This document shows, one piece after another, positions 1 to 9,844 of a stretch of DNA of 64,000 nt. Both the position numbers and the translations under genes were made by a program. This DNA is from Terriglobia bacterium (GTDB taxonomy: Bacteria; Acidobacteriota; Terriglobia; JAJPHL01; JAPKYU01): the NCBI GenBank assembly GCA_965206645.1, contig CBDBKE010000004.1, positions 2,144,001 through 2,208,000 on the forward strand, in the 5' to 3' direction. How positions within the stretch are numbered: position 1 is the stretch's first letter; each line of letters opens with the position of its first letter. The notes below the pieces were generated by a model that saw nothing but the letters and a program-made list of their open reading frames with translations, searched no databases and was not told where the DNA came from.

Positions 1-154
1 AGACCACCGGGCAGCTCGACATGAGCGGCACGGGGAGTCCTGATTAGGAGAAATGCAGTCTCGAAGCAGATTTGCTTCGGGAGAATTGCCTTCATATTCC
101 AAGGGTTATTTTCTCCCAGGTTGTCGCCCTAGGGCTGGCCCACGGAAAAGCGTG

Positions 155-1624
155 ATGAAGCCCGAACGTTGGCAAAAAGTCGAGGAGATTTATCACGCAG
201 CGTTGGAGCGTGAAGAGGGCCAGCGCGCGGCGTTCCTGGAAGAAGCCTGCGCCAGCGACGAGTCCCTGCAGCGGGAAGTCGAGTCGCTGCTGGCGCAGGA
301 GGGGGCGACAGGGAGCTTCCTGGAAGCACCGGCGCTGGAGGTGGCTGCCAAAGTCATGGCCGAAGATGCAGGTCGCTCGCTGCTGGGCAGGCAGATCGCT
401 TCCTACCAGGTTCTTTCGCTGCTGGGCACCGGTGGCATGGGGGAGGTGTACCGGGCACGCGACCGCAAGCTGGGTCGCGAGGTCGCTGTCAAAGTTCTGC
501 CGGAGGAGTTCAGCCAGGACCCGGAGCGGCTGGGGCGCCTGGAGCGGGAGGCGCGGATGCTGGCCTCGCTGAACCACCCCCACATTGGAGCCATCTACAC
601 GCTGGAGGAGTCCGAGGGGGTGCGCTTCTTAGTGTTGGAGCTGGTGCCAGGGAAGACCCTGGCGGATCGGCTGAAGGCCGGTCCGCTGGAGGTGCCGGAG
701 GCGCTGCGGGTCTGTGCCCAGATTGCCGAGGCCCTGGAGGCCGCCCATGAGCGGGGAGTGATCCACCGGGACCTGAAGCCGGCCAACGTCAAGGTGACTC
801 CGGAGGGCCAGGTGAAGGTACTGGACTTTGGCCTGGCTAAGGTGCAGCCGGCGGGCGCCGAGCTTTCCAAGGCCGGAACGGTGAGCGCCGTCGGCCTGGA
901 GACGGGAGCGATTCTGGGCACTGTCGGCTACATGAGCCCGGATCAGGCCCGGGGCAAGGAAGTAGACAAGCGGGCTGACATCTGGGCATTCGGCTGCGTG
1001 CTTTATGAGCTGCTCACTGGCCAAAAGGCCTTCGCCGGCGCCACGGCGTCGGACACCATTGCCGCCATCCTGGAACGCGAGCCAGACTGGCAGGCGCTCC
1101 CTCAGACCACACCTGCGAGCATTCAAGCTCTACTGCGTAGATGCCTGCGCAAGGACGCCAACCGGCGTCACCGTGATATGGCGGACGCCCGCATCGAGAT
1201 CGAAGAGGCGCTCAGCGAACCTCCGAAAGCATTGGCGCCCGCCGAAATGGCGATCAGTGCAGCACAGCCCGCTCCGTGGCGGCGAGCAATTCCGTGGATG
1301 CTGGGCGGCTTGTTGGCGATCATGGCGGCGGTCACTGTTTGGAGTCTGTGGCGAGCTAGTCCACCCGCGCAGCGGCCCGTCAGCCGACTGGTCATTAACC
1401 TCCCGAAAGGTCAAACCTTTTGGGAGATCAATCCGGCGGTGGAGATTTCACTCGACGGCACCCAGATCGCCTACCTTGCCCTCACAGGAGACAGCCGGCA
1501 GCTCTACGTGCGTCGCTTAAACGAACTGAAGAGCAGGACGATTCCGGGCACTGCGGGAACGTACCATGGTGATTTTTTCCCGATGGGAAGTGGCTCGTCT
1601 TCGGCGGAGAGGACGGACTGCTAA
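155..1624 (+). CDS. Eukaryotic-like Ser/Thr protein kinase (N-terminal part of a frameshifted kinase-TM-PD40 propeller gene)
   Basis: GxGGMGEVY, VAVKVL, HRDLKPAN, DFGLA, GTVGYMSP and DIWAFG motifs, then a TM helix (WRRAIPWMLGGLLAIMAAVTVW). Start at MKPERW (155) is typical of this family. Confidence 0.9.
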   Translation: MKPERWQKVEEIYHAALEREEGQRAAFLEEACASDESLQREVESLLAQEGATGSFLEAPALEVAAKVMAEDAGRSLLGRQIASYQVLSLLGTGGMGEVYRARDRKLGREVAVKVLPEEFSQDPERLGRLEREARMLASLNHPHIGAIYTLEESEGVRFLVLELVPGKTLADRLKAGPLEVPEALRVCAQIAEALEAAHERGVIHRDLKPANVKVTPEGQVKVLDFGLAKVQPAGAELSKAGTVSAVGLETGAILGTVGYMSPDQARGKEVDKRADIWAFGCVLYELLTGQKAFAGATASDTIAAILEREPDWQALPQTTPASIQALLRRCLRKDANRRHRDMADARIEIEEALSEPPKALAPAEMAISAAQPAPWRRAIPWMLGGLLAIMAAVTVWSLWRASPPAQRPVSRLVINLPKGQTFWEINPAVEISLDGTQIAYLALTGDSRQLYVRRLNELKSRTIPGTAGTYHGDFFPMGSGSSSAERTDC

Positions 1625-1659
1625 AGAAGGTATCGCTTTCCGGGGGAGCCCTCCAGACC

Positions 1660-3054
1660 ATGTGCAACTACAGAGAAATAGCAGGCCAGGGGCCTCTCGG
1701 TCTAAGCTGGACTCCGAACGGGGACGCTCTCATTTTCGGAGGTTACTACGGTCTGTTCCGAGTTTCGGCCGACGGGGATACACCTGAGGTGGTCGCCAGT
1801 GCGGTCAAAGATGTGGAACACTATCATGCTTGGCCGCAGGTCCTCCCGGGAGGCAAGGCGGTGCTATTTACTGTCGGGCAAGAAAGCGGTACCTCAGTCG
1901 GTTTGCTTTCGCTGGAAACTGGCGAGCGGCGGACCCTGATCGAGCGCGGCGGGCGTGCTCGGTATGTACCAACCGGTCACCTGGTCTATGGATGGGAAGA
2001 CAAGCTGTTGGCGGCGCCCTTTGATCTCGACCAGCTCCAGTTAACAGGGCCGCCCGCCGTCGTTCTCGAGGGTATCGCGATATACATTAGAGAACTTGGA
2101 CAGACAGCGTTCAGCGTGTCTGAGAGCGGATCGCTCGTCTATATCCCGGGCGGTCTCAGCCAGCGAACGCTGGTCTGGGTAGATCGCCAAGGAGCGGTCG
2201 AGCCCCTGGCGGCACCTCCACGCGTCTATGACGACCCCCGCCTCTCACCCGACGGCCAGCGGCTGGCCGTCCAGATTGGGCCTGAAGGAAACTCTGACAT
2301 CTGGATTTACGACATCCCCCGGGGGACATTGACCCGGCTGACGTTTGAAGGGGGGAATATTCCCCGCTGGATGCCGGATGGAAAGCGAGTGGCGTTTGGT
2401 TCGCGCAGGGCTGGCGGACCTGAGAATCTGTTTTGGAAAGCTGCCGACGGCAGCGGCCCGGCCGAGCAGCTAACGGAAAGCGAACGTCGCCAGTTGCCTT
2501 CGTCCTGGTCACCGGACGGGCAAGTGCTGGCCTTTGATGAACTTCATCCCACCACGGGCTATGAAATCTGGGTTCTTCCGTTGCAGGGGGAGCGCAAGCC
2601 GCGCCCGTTCCTGCAAACCCAATTTTCTGAACGCGCGCCAGTGTTCTCCCCGGACGGGCACTGGCTGGCCTATACGTCCAATGAGTCCGGCCGTTCCGAA
2701 GTGTATGTGCAGCCGTATCCCGGCCCCGGCGGCAAGTGGCAGATCTCCAACGAAGGCGGCAATGAACCGCTCTGGGCGAAGAACGGGAGGGAACTGTTCT
2801 ACCGCGACGGCGACAAGATGATGGCCGTTCCGGTTACAACGCAGCCAACCTTTCGTGCGGGTACCCCCACCCTACTGTTTGAGGGGCAGCACCACAACGA
2901 CTTCAACTGGTCTCCCCCCAACTACGACGTCACGCCCGACGGCCAGCGGTTCCTGATGATCCAGCCAGGCGAACAAGAGGCAGCGACGCAAATCAACGTT
3001 GTGCTGAACTGGTTTGAAGAGCTGAAGCGCCTAGCCCCCACCGACCAAAACTGA
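1660..3054 (+). CDS. TolB-like/PD40 beta-propeller, the C-terminal continuation of the kinase in the -1 frame
   Basis: Repeated SPDG/WSPDG/FSPDG blades and a C-terminal VVLNWFEELKR typical of these kinases. The frame is open back to 1579 (PDGKWLVFGGEDGLLKKVSLSGG). Confidence 0.85.
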   Translation: MCNYREIAGQGPLGLSWTPNGDALIFGGYYGLFRVSADGDTPEVVASAVKDVEHYHAWPQVLPGGKAVLFTVGQESGTSVGLLSLETGERRTLIERGGRARYVPTGHLVYGWEDKLLAAPFDLDQLQLTGPPAVVLEGIAIYIRELGQTAFSVSESGSLVYIPGGLSQRTLVWVDRQGAVEPLAAPPRVYDDPRLSPDGQRLAVQIGPEGNSDIWIYDIPRGTLTRLTFEGGNIPRWMPDGKRVAFGSRRAGGPENLFWKAADGSGPAEQLTESERRQLPSSWSPDGQVLAFDELHPTTGYEIWVLPLQGERKPRPFLQTQFSERAPVFSPDGHWLAYTSNESGRSEVYVQPYPGPGGKWQISNEGGNEPLWAKNGRELFYRDGDKMMAVPVTTQPTFRAGTPTLLFEGQHHNDFNWSPPNYDVTPDGQRFLMIQPGEQEAATQINVVLNWFEELKRLAPTDQN

Positions 3055-3176
3055 TCTCGCGACTGATCTCACGTGTGGCCTCCGCCCTCCGCTTCCAATC
3101 CCTGCTGCGCCGCATGAATCTCCCTCCGTAAACAACACGGGGCAAGCGGAATAATCCACTACGGCAGCCGTAACGG

Positions 3177-3743
3177 TCACCCCCGATCCATATGGTCGGA
3201 GACTGGATGGTCGGAGAGTGGCGGACCGAAACGGTTGCTGAAATCCTCGGATTGCTTGCGCAAGGCGAGCCAGTCGAAGAACAGCTCCGGGGTCTGGAGC
3301 CAGATGGTGAACCACTGGGCGATCTCTTCTTTCTCCGCGCGCTTGTCCGCCGCTACCTTGCGGTTGCGGGCGATCAGGGTGGCGCGGCGGCGCACCCGAA
3401 TGGCGCCGCGCCGGCACTCCTCGGCGGGGGCGCGTTCATTTCGGCTGCGGCAGGTCCGGTAGCGCTCATCGAGCGCGCGCAAGGTGGTTTCGGCGGCTGC
3501 CAGCGTGTCGAAGTGAAGCAACTCTAGAACCTCTCGGGAGATCCCTCCCAGTTCAGCGTCCACGCTGGCACCCAGCTCGGCAAGCACGTCCAGCAGGTAT
3601 TCTTGGGAGATGCGCGCTTGCGGGCCCAGCACCCGCGCCAGCTCGCGCCGGATAGCCAAAGCTTCCTCCGTTCCGATGCGAGCCGGACGCGCTTGCTGCA
3701 GGTACTGGCGAATGACAGACTTCTTGGTGGGGCGGGCAGTCAC
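3177..3743 (-). CDS. Hypothetical protein
   Basis: 188-aa ORF with host-like codon bias, overlapping the upstream stop (GTGA); C-terminal EIAQWFTIWLQTPELFFDWL segment. Confidence 0.7.
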   Translation of the reverse strand: MTARPTKKSVIRQYLQQARPARIGTEEALAIRRELARVLGPQARISQEYLLDVLAELGASVDAELGGISREVLELLHFDTLAAAETTLRALDERYRTCRSRNERAPAEECRRGAIRVRRRATLIARNRKVAADKRAEKEEIAQWFTIWLQTPELFFDWLALRKQSEDFSNRFGPPLSDHPVSDHMDRG

Positions 3744-5029
3744 TGGGGTGACGCAGGCTTTTTCGGGGCTGGTTTGTTCAGCCCGCGCAATTCCGAAGCC
3801 AGGACAGGGTTGTCGGGGAGTTTTCGCAGCGCTTTCCGCAACACCTCCTGTGCGAGCTCACGTTCCCCGCGCGTTAGGTGCACCAGCACCAGGATGCGGA
3901 TCGACCCAACCGACTCCCAGTTGTCGAGCTCGACCGCGCGGCGAGCGTATTCGAGCGCCACGTCCGGCTCACGCTCGCGCAAATAGACGGCCATCCCGGC
4001 CAGGACAGCCGGGTTGTTGGGATCGCTAGCCAGCGCCAGCCGCCATTCCCTGGCCGCCTCTACGGTTCGCCCCACTCGGGCCAGCAGGTTGCCGCGCAGG
4101 GCCCGCGCGTCGCTCCGCCGCGAGTTGATCTCCACGGCGCGTGTCACCTCTTGCAGACCTTCCTGGAAGCGCCCGCGCTGCAGCAGGGCCTTGGCCAGTT
4201 GGAAGCGCGCCTCTTCCGAGTTCGGGCGCGCACGGAGCACGGCGCGCCACTGCTTCTCTGCCCGCGACCAGTCCTGATTGCTCATGTGCGCCTGAGCAAG
4301 CAGCTCGTGCAGGTCGGCGTTTTCCGGATCGGCCTTCAGGAGCCGGCTCGCACGGTTGATCGCTTTCTCGATCTCACCGGACTGCAGTTCGGCGGCCGCC
4401 AGGTAGGCTTGGGCGCGAGCGTTCCCAGGCTGTTCCTCCACAACGGCCTCCAGCAAAGTCCGAGCTTCGGCGATGCGGTTCTGGCGCAACAGCTCGACGG
4501 CGCGCTGCTCGACTTGGGGCCACGCCTCGGCAGGCCTTTCACTCGCACCGTGCGCGTTCGTAGGATCAGGCCTGCCGGGCTCCTGAGCGGGGGCGATCGA
4601 CTGCAGCACGACGGCCGCGGCCATAACGGTCACAAACCCCAGGTGTCGCATGCAAGAGGTGTCACAACGCGGCGGCGCGCCAGGCAGCGAATAGCGATTT
4701 CGGGCGATAAAGCGGTAGAAAGGCGGGCCTAGCCAGCGCAGCGGAGGCAGGGCCAGCACCCACCCCAGCCAGGCCAGGGCCGGCAGTCCGCGCATCACTG
4801 TGAGCCACGCGAAGAATCCTTTGCTCCAGGCGCCGTCCACGCCGCGCACGTGCATCTCGGCCGCCAGTTCCTCGGGCTGAAAGGGCAGCCCTGATTGGAT
4901 CGCCGTGTCGGTATAGTCGAGAAATTCCACGCGCCCGTGGCGGTCAAAGCGCTTCACTCGCTGCTCCATCCAGCGGCAGAACGCGCAATGTCCGTCCACA
5001 TAGACCTGAATCTTCGCAACAACCGGCAT
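3740..5029 (-). CDS. DCC1/DUF393-like thiol-disulfide oxidoreductase domain in frame with a signal/TM segment and TPR repeats
   Basis: YVDGHCAFC (DxxCxxC) and YRFIARNRY of the DCC family. From Met 4651: MRHLGFVTVMAAAVVLQSIAPA, then multiple TPRs. Start placed at MPVVAK (5029). Confidence 0.75.
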   Translation of the reverse strand: MPVVAKIQVYVDGHCAFCRWMEQRVKRFDRHGRVEFLDYTDTAIQSGLPFQPEELAAEMHVRGVDGAWSKGFFAWLTVMRGLPALAWLGWVLALPPLRWLGPPFYRFIARNRYSLPGAPPRCDTSCMRHLGFVTVMAAAVVLQSIAPAQEPGRPDPTNAHGASERPAEAWPQVEQRAVELLRQNRIAEARTLLEAVVEEQPGNARAQAYLAAAELQSGEIEKAINRASRLLKADPENADLHELLAQAHMSNQDWSRAEKQWRAVLRARPNSEEARFQLAKALLQRGRFQEGLQEVTRAVEINSRRSDARALRGNLLARVGRTVEAAREWRLALASDPNNPAVLAGMAVYLREREPDVALEYARRAVELDNWESVGSIRILVLVHLTRGERELAQEVLRKALRKLPDNPVLASELRGLNKPAPKKPASPQ

Positions 5030-5091
5030 ACGGGCCCCGCTTCTGGGGGATCGCTCTGGTCGCCTGGCGCGGGTAGCTTCTCCGGCCCGCA

Positions 5092-5352
5092 TCAGGCCTG
5101 GGCAAGGCAATTGTAGAGCAACGCGAAGATGGCCCCACCCACGGCCCCGTCCACCAGCCCATACAGCGTACCCACGATGACCTGACCAAAGCTGGCCGTG
5201 GCCTGGTAGCCGGGGTAGATCGAGGCCAGCAGGCGGAGAAACTCCTGACCATAGCTCGGCCAGATGAGGTTCACGCAACCGGTCAGAAACACTGCCAGAA
5301 CTCCCCACATGATTCCGACCGCAATCGCCATACCTTTCACGCTGAGTTTCAT
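5092..5352 (-). CDS. Small two-TM membrane protein
   Basis: GGAGGT RBS before ATG 5352; hydrophobic helices around SIYPGY and GLVDGAVGGAIFALLYN. Confidence 0.8.
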   Translation of the reverse strand: MKLSVKGMAIAVGIMWGVLAVFLTGCVNLIWPSYGQEFLRLLASIYPGYQATASFGQVIVGTLYGLVDGAVGGAIFALLYNCLAQA

Positions 5353-5487
5353 GGGCACCTCCAATGGTGCAAGCCCTTCTTCACCATTCTACTCCCGGGA
5401 AGATGATGTAGCGCCCGGCCTTGTGCCGGGTATTTGGGCGAGCCGCCCGCCAGGGGCGGCGCTTCATTCTAGCGTTGATGGAGTCGG

Positions 5488-6090
5488 CTAGCGTTGATAG
5501 AGCTGGATGGTGTGCCGGGTGCCGTGGCCGCGGTCCAACTTCTCGATGCGGGTTGCCCGCCAGAGGGGGATGCCGAAGTCGTGGGTGACCACGCGGGCGC
5601 CGGGACGCAGTTGCTGTTCGAGCATTGGCCGCAGGCGAACCAGGGCCTCCGGCAGCAGGTAGAGAGCTACCACATCGGCGCGGCGGAGATCGGTGTCAAA
5701 TAGGTTGCCGCGGACCAGCGTGATGCGGTCCTCCAGGCCGTGGCTGCGCACATTGGCGCGGGCCAGGGCGAACACCTCGGCGGTCAGTTCCACACCGTGG
5801 CCCCGCGCGCCGTACTTTTCGGCAGCCATCACCAGGATGCGGGCGTCGCCGCATCCCAGGTCATAGACGGTTTCCCCCGCCTGCACCTCCGCCAAGCGCA
5901 GCATGAGCTCGATCACCTCGGCCGAGGAGGACAAGAACGGCGATACCTGCTCCGGGTTTTCCGGGACGTGCAGCGTCAGCGGACCGGGCTCCGGCTGGTA
6001 GTGGCTCCTCACGCCAGGCAGCACCAGGTTGCTCAGCGCCACCAGCAGCACCAGCACGCCCACCGTTAACCAGAAGAGCTTGGAGCGCAT
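5488..6090 (-). CDS. Class I SAM-dependent methyltransferase with an N-terminal signal/anchor
   Basis: VYDLGCGDAR motif I, DVVALYL and VVTHDF; hydrophobic N-terminus. Confidence 0.85.
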   Translation of the reverse strand: MRSKLFWLTVGVLVLLVALSNLVLPGVRSHYQPEPGPLTLHVPENPEQVSPFLSSSAEVIELMLRLAEVQAGETVYDLGCGDARILVMAAEKYGARGHGVELTAEVFALARANVRSHGLEDRITLVRGNLFDTDLRRADVVALYLLPEALVRLRPMLEQQLRPGARVVTHDFGIPLWRATRIEKLDRGHGTRHTIQLYQR

Positions 6091-6189
6091 TGTTACATCT
6101 TGCGCGTTGTTACTACCTAAACACCAACGCAGAGAGGAGTCTTAAAGATCTTCCCGCGGCCTGAACCCCAGACCGGTGCTTACCGGCCT

Positions 6190-7128
6190 TTACGATAAGT
6201 CGCGGTGGACCATGTGGAGGACTTCAAGCGCTATTGTCGCCTCTTCCTTTCCGAACTTCAAACCACTTCGAATTTCGTTTCCTGGGTGGACAAGATTGCG
6301 ATATTCGCGGACCGGATCCGACAGCTTCTCTACTCCCAATGAAACCAACCCTAGCTCTACAGATACTTTGATCAAGTCAGAAAAGTCCCATTTACTTGGG
6401 TCGGACTTTCTGGGAGCCCTTGAAGCCGTACCGGCACGCGGATCGCGTTGAAGGATGTCGAGCAGAATTGCTTCAATGGCACCACCAGAAAGAATGATAA
6501 CTGACTTCCAACAGCCAGCAGCAAAAGCTGCTTGAATCTCGATGTAATCACGCTCGACAATTTGGCGCAATCTACTATCACTAACAAACGGAAATTCTCG
6601 ACTCTCAAGGGCCGCCGGCTGTCTTTGTACCGCAATGGTGGTTGCTTCTTTCTGCCCCCTCTGGCGGTCAAGCATCTGGCCATCCTTCTTGACATGTAGG
6701 CTGCGCCGAACCTCTGAAATCGCTCTTGAACTCCCTCGCTCAATTTGTCCCCTTATCGCGCCCTCAAGGTGCTTGTCTCCGTCCATCATGCGATTCGCAG
6801 GTGTAAATCTAAGATTCTCAATAATCCTCTTTGGCTGACAGCAGTTTTGTTCGACATCGGACATGATCTCGCTTATGACCTGATCGTCCAGGAGTGTTCC
6901 AGATTTCTCACAGGCACTGAGAAGAGAATCCGCCCGAGCCCTTGCAATCTCGGCAGCGCGTTGCACCGCTGCTTCAGCGATTGCAGTTACGTAACCACCT
7001 GATTGCAGCATATCGCGCTGTGCAAAATTCCTTGTGATTGCTTCCGTGCGCCCTTGCCGATTGATTCTCTCTATGGCTTCCGAAAACAGAAGATTCGCGT
7101 AACGTTCTGCGTTCTTATCCAGGGTCAT
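6190..7128 (-). CDS. Putative HEPN-superfamily (DUF4145-like) protein, probably horizontally acquired
   Basis: C-terminal helical domain with SVIILSGGAIEAIL ... FSDLI ... REYRNLVHP (R-N-x2-H HEPN-type motif). GC and codon usage visibly differ from the flanks. Start at MTLDK is uncertain. Confidence 0.65.
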   Translation of the reverse strand: MTLDKNAERYANLLFSEAIERINRQGRTEAITRNFAQRDMLQSGGYVTAIAEAAVQRAAEIARARADSLLSACEKSGTLLDDQVISEIMSDVEQNCCQPKRIIENLRFTPANRMMDGDKHLEGAIRGQIERGSSRAISEVRRSLHVKKDGQMLDRQRGQKEATTIAVQRQPAALESREFPFVSDSRLRQIVERDYIEIQAAFAAGCWKSVIILSGGAIEAILLDILQRDPRAGTASRAPRKSDPSKWDFSDLIKVSVELGLVSLGVEKLSDPVREYRNLVHPGNEIRSGLKFGKEEATIALEVLHMVHRDLS

Positions 7129-7220
7129 TATCCCATCCGCCTGTGGCTCTCTTCTCCAAGCCCTCCCCAGCATTACCAGGAAACTGAGCTGCGTTTGAGG
7201 GGGATGAGACCACACAGGTT

Positions 7221-8327
7221 TTAAGCCACGGTGGTCACTTCCTGTTTGAGTTTTTCGGCTTGGAAGTGAGTCGTTAGGGCCTCCACCAGCGGCGTTAGCT
7301 TGCCGTCCATCACCTGGTCCAGTTGGTGGAGGGTGAGGCCGATGCGGTGGTCGGTGACGCGGTTCTGGGGAAAGCTGTAGGTGCGGATCTTCTCGCTGCG
7401 ATCCCCCGAGCCGACCATGGCCCGGCGCTCCTGCGCCACCGCCCGCTGCTGCTTTTCGCGCTCCAACTCGTAGAGCCGCGCCCGCAACACGCGCATGGCC
7501 TTGGCCTTGTTCTTGATCTGCGACTTCTCGTCCTGGCAGGTCACCACCAGCCCCGTGGGCAGGTGGGTGAGGCGCACTGCGGAGTAGGTGGTGTTCACCG
7601 ACTGGCCGCCCGGGCCGGAAGAGCAGAAGGTGTCCACTCGCAGGTCCTTGGGGTCAATCGCCACCTCCACTTCCTCGGCCTCAGGCAGCACCGCCACCGT
7701 GACCGCCGAGGTGTGGACGCGGCCCTGCTGCTCGGTCTGCGGCACGCGCTGTACCCGGTGCACTCCGCTTTCGTACTTCAGACGGCTATACACGCGCCGC
7801 CCTTCGATGACCACGATGATTTCCTTCAGTCCGCCGATACTGGAGGCGCTGCTGGAGATGACATCCACCTTCCAGCTCTGGGTTTCGGCGAAGCGGGCGT
7901 ACAGCCGGAAGATTTCGGCGGCAAACAGGCTGGCCTCGTCGCCGCCGGTGCCGGCGCGGATTTCCACCACCACGTTCTTTTCGTCGTGGGGATCCGTGGG
8001 GATCAGCAAGGACTTCAACTGTTGCTCCGCCGCGCCGATGCGTTCCTCCAGGTGGCGCAGTTCCTGCTCGGCCAGGGCGCGCATCTCGGGGTCGGCGTCG
8101 TCTAGCATGGCGCGGGTACCGGCCACGCCCTGCCGCAGGCCCTTCCACTCGCGGTATTTCTCGACAACCTCGCCCAGCTCCGAGTGCAGGCGGGCCAGCT
8201 TCTGGTAGCGTGCCCCGTCGGCCAGCACCGCAGGGTCAGCTAGCTGCTGGCTGAGAACCTCGTAGCGGGCCTCGATCTGGTCCAGCTTGTCAATCACCGG
8301 CTTGTCAACCAATTGCTTCTCGCTCAT
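7221..8327 (-). CDS. prfA: Peptide chain release factor 1
   Basis: [21 protein letters not shown] (RF1 PxT), GPGGQSVN and EKIRTY motifs. Confidence 0.97.
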   Translation of the reverse strand: MSEKQLVDKPVIDKLDQIEARYEVLSQQLADPAVLADGARYQKLARLHSELGEVVEKYREWKGLRQGVAGTRAMLDDADPEMRALAEQELRHLEERIGAAEQQLKSLLIPTDPHDEKNVVVEIRAGTGGDEASLFAAEIFRLYARFAETQSWKVDVISSSASSIGGLKEIIVVIEGRRVYSRLKYESGVHRVQRVPQTEQQGRVHTSAVTVAVLPEAEEVEVAIDPKDLRVDTFCSSGPGGQSVNTTYSAVRLTHLPTGLVVTCQDEKSQIKNKAKAMRVLRARLYELEREKQQRAVAQERRAMVGSGDRSEKIRTYSFPQNRVTDHRIGLTLHQLDQVMDGKLTPLVEALTTHFQAEKLKQEVTTVA

Positions 8328-8342
8328 AAAATAACGCTACCC

Positions 8343-8370
8343 AAACAAAACCCTCCGCCGGGCGGAGGGT
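8343..8370 (-). terminator. Rho-independent terminator-like hairpin between the DUF1385 gene and prfA
   Basis: Minus strand reads ACCCTCCGC-CCG-GCGGAGGGT followed by TTTGTTT. Confidence 0.65.
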
Positions 8371-8389
8371 CAGTAGAACTCGGAGTCTG

Positions 8390-9427
8390 CTAGGCGATCA
8401 CCAGGTCGCCGCCGCGCTGCTGCTCTAGCGCCATGGCTTCCTCCAGCGCGTGGATGGCCACCTCCAGTTGGTCGTCGGCCGGCGGCTTGGTGGTGATTCG
8501 CTGGAGCCACAGCCCCGGAGCCACCATCGAGGCCCACAACGTCCCCTGCCGCCGCGCCGCGAAGCGGATCAGCTCAAAGCTGACCCCGGCAATCAGTGGC
8601 AGTAGCGCAACCCGCACCAGGAAGCGCATTCCGAACGACTCCACCGGAATCAGCGTGTAAATGCCCAGGCTGAGCAGCATCACCACCAGCAGGAAGCTGG
8701 TGCCGCAGCGCGGGTGCAGCGTCGTAAAGGCGCGGGCGTTCGCCACACTGACCGGCTGCCGCGACTCAAAGTTGAACACTACCTTGTGTTCGGCCCCGTG
8801 ATACTCGAACACCCGCCGGATCTCGCTCCAGCGGGAAACTAACAGCAGGAAGGTCAGAAACAGGGCAATCCGGATCAGCCCGTCCACCAGGTTGAACACG
8901 AAATGGTTCTCCAACGCCGCAACGTACTGCTGGAGCCGGGTGGTGAGGAACAGCGGCACAAACTTGTACAGAAAAATGAAAAAGCCCAGGCTGAAGGCCA
9001 GATTGGCGGCCATGACCCAGGAGCTGACCTCTCCCTTGCCTTTTGCCTTGCCGCGACCGCCTTCGGCGGTGTTTTCCGCTGCGTTTTTCGCGGCATTTTC
9101 GGCGACATTTTCAGACTCCAGGGCGCTGTTGGCGGAGAAGCGCAGCGAACGAATACCCAGCACCAACGCTTGCCCCATAGTTCCCAGCCCGCGCAGGACA
9201 GGGATCTTCCACAACCGCCGGCGTTCGGAAGGGCGCACCAACGGGCCGGTCTGTGTGGCCAATTCGCCGGAGGGTTTGCGCACCGCCACGCAGTAGGCGT
9301 GCGGTGCGCGCATCATCACGCCCTCGATCACCGCCTGGCCGCCCACCAGCACCTCTTCGCCGCCTTCCATGGCCGGAAGCAGTTGCAGGCTGGCCGCCAG
9401 ACGAAGGTTCCGTTTCAGTCGGCTCAT
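8390..9427 (-). CDS. DUF1385 family membrane protein
   Basis: GGQAVIEGVMM, YHGAEHK, HPRCGTSF and PGLWLQRITT motifs; this family is commonly found next to prfA. Confidence 0.9.
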   Translation of the reverse strand: MSRLKRNLRLAASLQLLPAMEGGEEVLVGGQAVIEGVMMRAPHAYCVAVRKPSGELATQTGPLVRPSERRRLWKIPVLRGLGTMGQALVLGIRSLRFSANSALESENVAENAAKNAAENTAEGGRGKAKGKGEVSSWVMAANLAFSLGFFIFLYKFVPLFLTTRLQQYVAALENHFVFNLVDGLIRIALFLTFLLLVSRWSEIRRVFEYHGAEHKVVFNFESRQPVSVANARAFTTLHPRCGTSFLLVVMLLSLGIYTLIPVESFGMRFLVRVALLPLIAGVSFELIRFAARRQGTLWASMVAPGLWLQRITTKPPADDQLEVAIHALEEAMALEQQRGGDLVIA

Positions 9428-9526
9428 CTTCTTGATTATACCTGAAAGCAGCACGGCGCTATAATACGCTCGCCGTTTACCCCAGGCGAAGCGCAAGCAA
9501 CCAGAACTCGCCCCAAGGAGCGCCCC

Positions 9527-9841
9527 ATGCCCGAGGATGTATTCTCTGGAGCACGCAGAGATCAAGAAAAGTACTTCTACGAGCGAGACCGAGAATTGGT
9601 TGAGAAGCTGCGCTCGAAAGCCGAAGCCGAGCGGCGCGAGTTGGAGCGTAAGCATCGAAAGGAAACCCACTGGATGAAGTGCCCCAAGTGCGGCCACGAC
9701 TTGGAAGAGACCGAGATGGGGCCGTTGTTGGTGGACAAGTGCAAAGACTGCGGTGGCGTCTTCTTCGATGCCGGCGAGCTGGACATGTTACTAGCCGCCG
9801 AGAAGGAAGGCTCCATTCTTCGCCGAATCTTCCGGCGCTAG
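9527..9841 (+). CDS. zf-TFIIB-type zinc-ribbon protein
   Basis: MKCPKC ... VDKCKDCGGVFFDAGEL; AAGGAG RBS. Confidence 0.85.
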   Translation: MPEDVFSGARRDQEKYFYERDRELVEKLRSKAEAERRELERKHRKETHWMKCPKCGHDLEETEMGPLLVDKCKDCGGVFFDAGELDMLLAAEKEGSILRRIFRR

Positions 9842-9844
9842 TAG

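Noticed and set aside
5092-5352. Holin/prophage interpretation of the small two-TM protein
   Set aside because: No endolysin or any other phage gene is nearby.
9428-9697. N-terminal extension of the DUF1385 ORF
   Set aside because: It overlaps the zf-TFIIB gene in antisense; a -10 box sits just before ATG 9427.
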